In this document: piece by piece, positions 60,753 to 64,000 of the stretch | Numbering within the stretch: the stretch's first letter is position 1 | Layout of the letters: every line of letters starts with the position of its first letter | Assembly (NCBI GenBank): GCA_963742735.1 | Contig: CAVUMN010000003.1 | Coordinates: forward strand, 32,001 to 96,000 | Direction of reading: 5' to 3' | Length of the DNA stretch: 64,000 nucleotides | DNA from: an uncultured Actinomycetes bacterium | Lineage (GTDB): Bacteria; Actinomycetota; UBA4738; JBBDTT01 | Program-made: the position numbers and the translations under genes | The notes under the pieces: model-generated | Told to the model about the DNA's origin: nothing | The model's input: the letters and a program-made list of their open reading frames with translations, nothing else | Database searches by the model: none

Positions 60753-62227
60753 CCGATCCGCTCGGGCGCGGGGTTGCCGGCGGCGACCCGGAACGCGGCG
60801 CCACGGGCCTGGCCGGGGACACGTTCGAGCACGGTGTCTACGAACCACCACTCGCCGGTCACGGACTCGGGGGTGATCTCGACCGTCATGTAGCCGTGGG
60901 CGTCGAAGTCGCACCACAGCACGGTCGGCACGGCCTCCACGTACCCCTCCTGGAGCGGCACCGACTTCGTCCCGCGCTCCCACCCCTTCTTGTCGTCCAC
61001 GTTCTGCGACGTGAGGCTGGTGGTCACGAACTCCCCGGCGACGGTCCGGTCGTCGACGCGGAGCTCGCTGGCCAGGCCGATGTGGACGTCGCCGGAGAGC
61101 ACCACCGCGCCGGCGGACGCGCCCTCCAGCGCCCGCAGGATGGCCTCCCGCTCGAAGGGGTAGCCGTCCCACTGGTCCGGGTCCGGGCCGGTGGCGCCGG
61201 CGTTCACGAGCTTCAGCGTGATCAGCGCGTCCTCGACGTCGGCGGGGATCCCCTCGGCCCAGACCGGGGCCATGACCGAGCTGTTCCCCAGGATCCGCCA
61301 CGGCGTCTCCGACCGCGCGAGCGCGTCCAGGAGCCACGCCTTCTGCTCCGCACCGAGCTGTCCCGCCGACGGGTCGAGCATGGTTTCCGGCACCGGCTCG
61401 TCCCGCCGCGAGCGCGTGTCGATGATGAACAGCTCGGCGAGCCCGCCGAGGTCGATCGAGCGGAACACCCGCTCCGGCTGGGAGGGGTCGGGCATCCGGT
61501 ACGGCTGCCACTCCCAGCGCGATCGGAAGGCCGCGGCGCGGCGCACGCTCCACGGCCCGTCCCGGTCCTCGCGGTGCTCCACCGAACCCTCGCGCCACAC
61601 CCCGTCGGCGAACTCGTGGTCGTCGACCGTTGCGATCACCGGGTGGGCGTGGTGCAGCGCCTGCACGTCCGGGTCGAGCCGGTAGTGGGCGTAGCGGCGT
61701 CGATAGTCCTCGAGCGTCACGCACTCGCCATCCGGGTCGTAGCTGCGGCCGATGTCGGCGGGAGGCGTCTGGCTCGGCGGTGGATGGTTGGAGACTTCGT
61801 AGATGTAGTCGCCGAGGTGCAGCACGAAGTTGAGGTCGTCGCGCTCGGCGATCCGCGCGTAGCCGTTGAAGAACCCCCCGCTGTACTTCGCGCACGAGAC
61901 CGTGGCCAGGCGCAGCCGCTCGCATCCGGGGCCGGGGAGCGTCCGGGTGCGAGCCACCGGCGACCGCTCGTCACCGAGCTCGAACGCGTACCAGTAGTGA
62001 GTGTCGGGGGCCAGCCCTTCCACGTCGACGTGCACGCAGTGGTCGTCCTCTGCCGAGGCCACCGCCCTGCCGGAGGCGACGACGTCCAGGAGCTCGGGAT
62101 CCCGGGCCATCGTCCACGAGACCTCCGCCGGCTCGGCGGCGCCGGTCACTCGCGTCCAGATCACGACGCGATCGGGCAGCGGATCCCCGCTCGCTACGCC
62201 GTGGCGGAAGGCTCCATCGGTGGCCAT
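60749..62227 (-). CDS. phoD: Alkaline phosphatase D family protein (no visible signal peptide)
   Basis: FRHGVASGDP...V.IWTR, SC, HLGDYIYE, DYR.RY..Y..D, DDHE, DTR, DQWDGY, LSGDVH. Confidence 0.9.
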   Translation of the reverse strand: MATDGAFRHGVASGDPLPDRVVIWTRVTGAAEPAEVSWTMARDPELLDVVASGRAVASAEDDHCVHVDVEGLAPDTHYWYAFELGDERSPVARTRTLPGPGCERLRLATVSCAKYSGGFFNGYARIAERDDLNFVLHLGDYIYEVSNHPPPSQTPPADIGRSYDPDGECVTLEDYRRRYAHYRLDPDVQALHHAHPVIATVDDHEFADGVWREGSVEHREDRDGPWSVRRAAAFRSRWEWQPYRMPDPSQPERVFRSIDLGGLAELFIIDTRSRRDEPVPETMLDPSAGQLGAEQKAWLLDALARSETPWRILGNSSVMAPVWAEGIPADVEDALITLKLVNAGATGPDPDQWDGYPFEREAILRALEGASAGAVVLSGDVHIGLASELRVDDRTVAGEFVTTSLTSQNVDDKKGWERGTKSVPLQEGYVEAVPTVLWCDFDAHGYMTVEITPESVTGEWWFVDTVLERVPGQARGAAFRVAAGNPAPERIG

Positions 62228-62295
62228 GAAGGCGCGACTATGCCACGGAGGGGCCGGGGTAGACTCGAAGGGCGGATCCAACGGAGGTGACACCG

Positions 62296-63405
62296 ATGGC
62301 GCAGGAGGTCAGTGAGGACTTCATGCCCCTCATGGGCATCGACCACGTGGAGTTCTACGTGGGCAACGCCCGGCAGGCGGCCTACTACTACTCGAGGGCC
62401 CTGGGCTTCCACGTCACCGCCTACGCGGGCCAGGAGACCGGCCTCCGGGACCGGGCCTCCTGGGTGGTCGAGCAGGGCGAGGCGCGCTACGTGTTCACGG
62501 GCGGGCTCGCCCCCGACAGCGACGTCGTCCGCCACGCGTTCGAGCACGGCGACGGCGTGAAGGACGTAGCGCTGCGTGTCCCCGACGCGACCCACGCCTG
62601 GGAGGAGGCCACCGCCCGCGGCGCCGAGAGCGCGCTGGAGCCCACGGTCCTCGAGGACGATCACGGCAAGGTCGTCCGCGCCTCGATCAAGGCGTACGGC
62701 GAGACCGTGCACTCGTTCATCGAGCGCGAGAACTACTCCGGCGTCTTCCTCCCCGGGTATCGGGCCGAGGAGGCGTACCAGGACGACGCCCCGCCGGTCG
62801 GCATCAGCGCCATCGACCACGTGGTGGCCAACGTCGAGCTCGGCAAGATGAACGAGATGGTCGAGTTCTACGCGCGCATCCTCGGGTTCGCGCAGCTCGT
62901 GCACTTCCGCGACGACCAGATCTCCACCGAGTACACGGCCCTGATGTCGAAGGTCATGTGGGACGGTAACGGCCGGGTGAAGTTCCCCATCAACGAGCCG
63001 GCCGAGGGCAAGAAGAAGTCGCAGATCGAGGAGTACCTCGACTACTACCGCTCACCCGGCGTGCAGCACATCGCGATGGCGGTGGACGACATCGTCGACG
63101 CCGTCGAGGCGCTGCGGGAGCGCGGTGTCCGGTTCATCCGCGTACCGGCCACGTACTACGAGGACCTCCGCGGCCGGATCGGCGAGATCGACCAGGACGT
63201 CGCCGACCTCGAGCGCCTGGGCATCCTGGCCGACCGCGACGAGGAAGGCTATCTGTTGCAGATCTTCACCAAGATCCAGCAGGACCGCCCCACGGTCTTC
63301 TTCGAGCTCATCGAGCGCCACGGCAGCAAAGGCTTCGGCCTCGGAAACTTCAAGGAGCTCTTCGTGGCCATCGAACGCGAACAAGCCGACCGCGGCAACC
63401 TCTAG
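62296..63405 (+). CDS. hppD: 4-hydroxyphenylpyruvate dioxygenase
   Basis: DHVEFYVGNA, HGDGVKD, IDHVV.NV, PINEP, SQIEEYL, GVQHIA, LLQIFT, FFELIER.G..GFG.GNF. Confidence 0.95.
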   Translation: MAQEVSEDFMPLMGIDHVEFYVGNARQAAYYYSRALGFHVTAYAGQETGLRDRASWVVEQGEARYVFTGGLAPDSDVVRHAFEHGDGVKDVALRVPDATHAWEEATARGAESALEPTVLEDDHGKVVRASIKAYGETVHSFIERENYSGVFLPGYRAEEAYQDDAPPVGISAIDHVVANVELGKMNEMVEFYARILGFAQLVHFRDDQISTEYTALMSKVMWDGNGRVKFPINEPAEGKKKSQIEEYLDYYRSPGVQHIAMAVDDIVDAVEALRERGVRFIRVPATYYEDLRGRIGEIDQDVADLERLGILADRDEEGYLLQIFTKIQQDRPTVFFELIERHGSKGFGLGNFKELFVAIEREQADRGNL

Positions 63406-63412
63406 CGACGGC

Positions 63413-64000
63413 ATGTCCGGCCCAGACCGCGCGGAGCTCGAGGGCGTCGTCTCGCTCATCGCCGAGGAGGCCCGGAAGTACCTGGCCTCCGTCGACGACC
63501 GGGCCTTGCGCGAGCCGGGCGCGGACAAGCGGGCGGAGCAGTTCGGCGGGGCGCTGCCGGAGACGGGGGTCGGCGCGGACGCGACGCTGCGGGAGCTCCT
63601 CGACGGGCTCGACGCCCACGTCGCCTCCAGCGGTCCTCGGTTCTTCCACTTCGTGATCGGCGGGGTCACGCCGGCGTCGCTCGGCGCGGACTGGCTGCAG
63701 TCCACCATCGACCAGAACCCGGGCCTGTGGGTGGCCAGCCCGCTCGGGGGTCGGCTGGCCGACCTTTCGGTCAAGTGGCTGCTCGACCTGTTCGGGCTCC
63801 CCCCAACCTGGGGCGGCGCGCTGACCACCGGCGCGACCATGGCGAACTTCACCGCCCTGCTGTGCGCGCGCCGTTGGTGGGCCGGGCGCCACGGCGCCGA
63901 CGTCGACGACGACGGCCTGGCCGGGCTCCCTCCGGTGCCCGTCCTCACCAGCGGCTACGTCCACGCCAGCTCCCGCAAGGCGCTTGGGATGCTGGGCATC
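63413..64000 (+). CDS. Group II PLP-dependent (aromatic amino acid-type) decarboxylase, truncated by the window end
   Basis: Manual translation: GPRFFHFVIGG.TPASLGADWL...DQN, WLLDLFGLP, TTGATMANF, H.S..KALGMLG. Confidence 0.85.
   Translation, partial: MSGPDRAELEGVVSLIAEEARKYLASVDDRALREPGADKRAEQFGGALPETGVGADATLRELLDGLDAHVASSGPRFFHFVIGGVTPASLGADWLQSTIDQNPGLWVASPLGGRLADLSVKWLLDLFGLPPTWGGALTTGATMANFTALLCARRWWAGRHGADVDDDGLAGLPPVPVLTSGYVHASSRKALGMLGI

Noticed and set aside
62296-64000. hppD plus PLP decarboxylase as a secondary-metabolite cluster
   Set aside because: Truncated by the window edge and compatible with ordinary aromatic amino acid catabolism; insufficient evidence.

Overview
A high-GC, gene-dense chromosomal window, most consistent with a deep-branching Actinomycetota genome (actinobacterial ARG and GTTCA-type PHO boxes, an SCO1664/DUF3090/MSMEG_4193 trio, many apparently leaderless genes). 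The core blocks are argCJBDR-argG-argH-ilvD, an attenuated ilvBNC-leuACDB-cimA-pheA operon, and a phosphate regulon (phoR, pstSCAB-phoU-phoP, DUF47-pit, phoD). I saw no rRNA, tRNA, CRISPR array, transposase or prophage. Single-base frameshifts at 4.7-9.6 kb, about 15.4 kb, 47.0-47.8 kb and 53.9 kb look like long-read consensus errors and create several false fusions in the ORF track. Most notable observations: (1) a 70-bp palindromic element sits in frame, in opposite orientations, at the N-termini of argH and leuA; (2) PstS appears circularly permuted; (3) a thioredoxin-like candidate selenoprotein has an in-frame UGA and a SECIS-like hairpin; (4) three PHO boxes lie exactly 49 bp from their -10 elements, while the array at pit has a repressor-type layout; (5) an unknown 100-aa protein is the first cistron behind the ilv attenuator; (6) a CBS-citrate synthase fusion and a divergent cyclase/PAS/phosphodiesterase-like module are present. 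All family assignments come from motif recognition by eye, not database searches.
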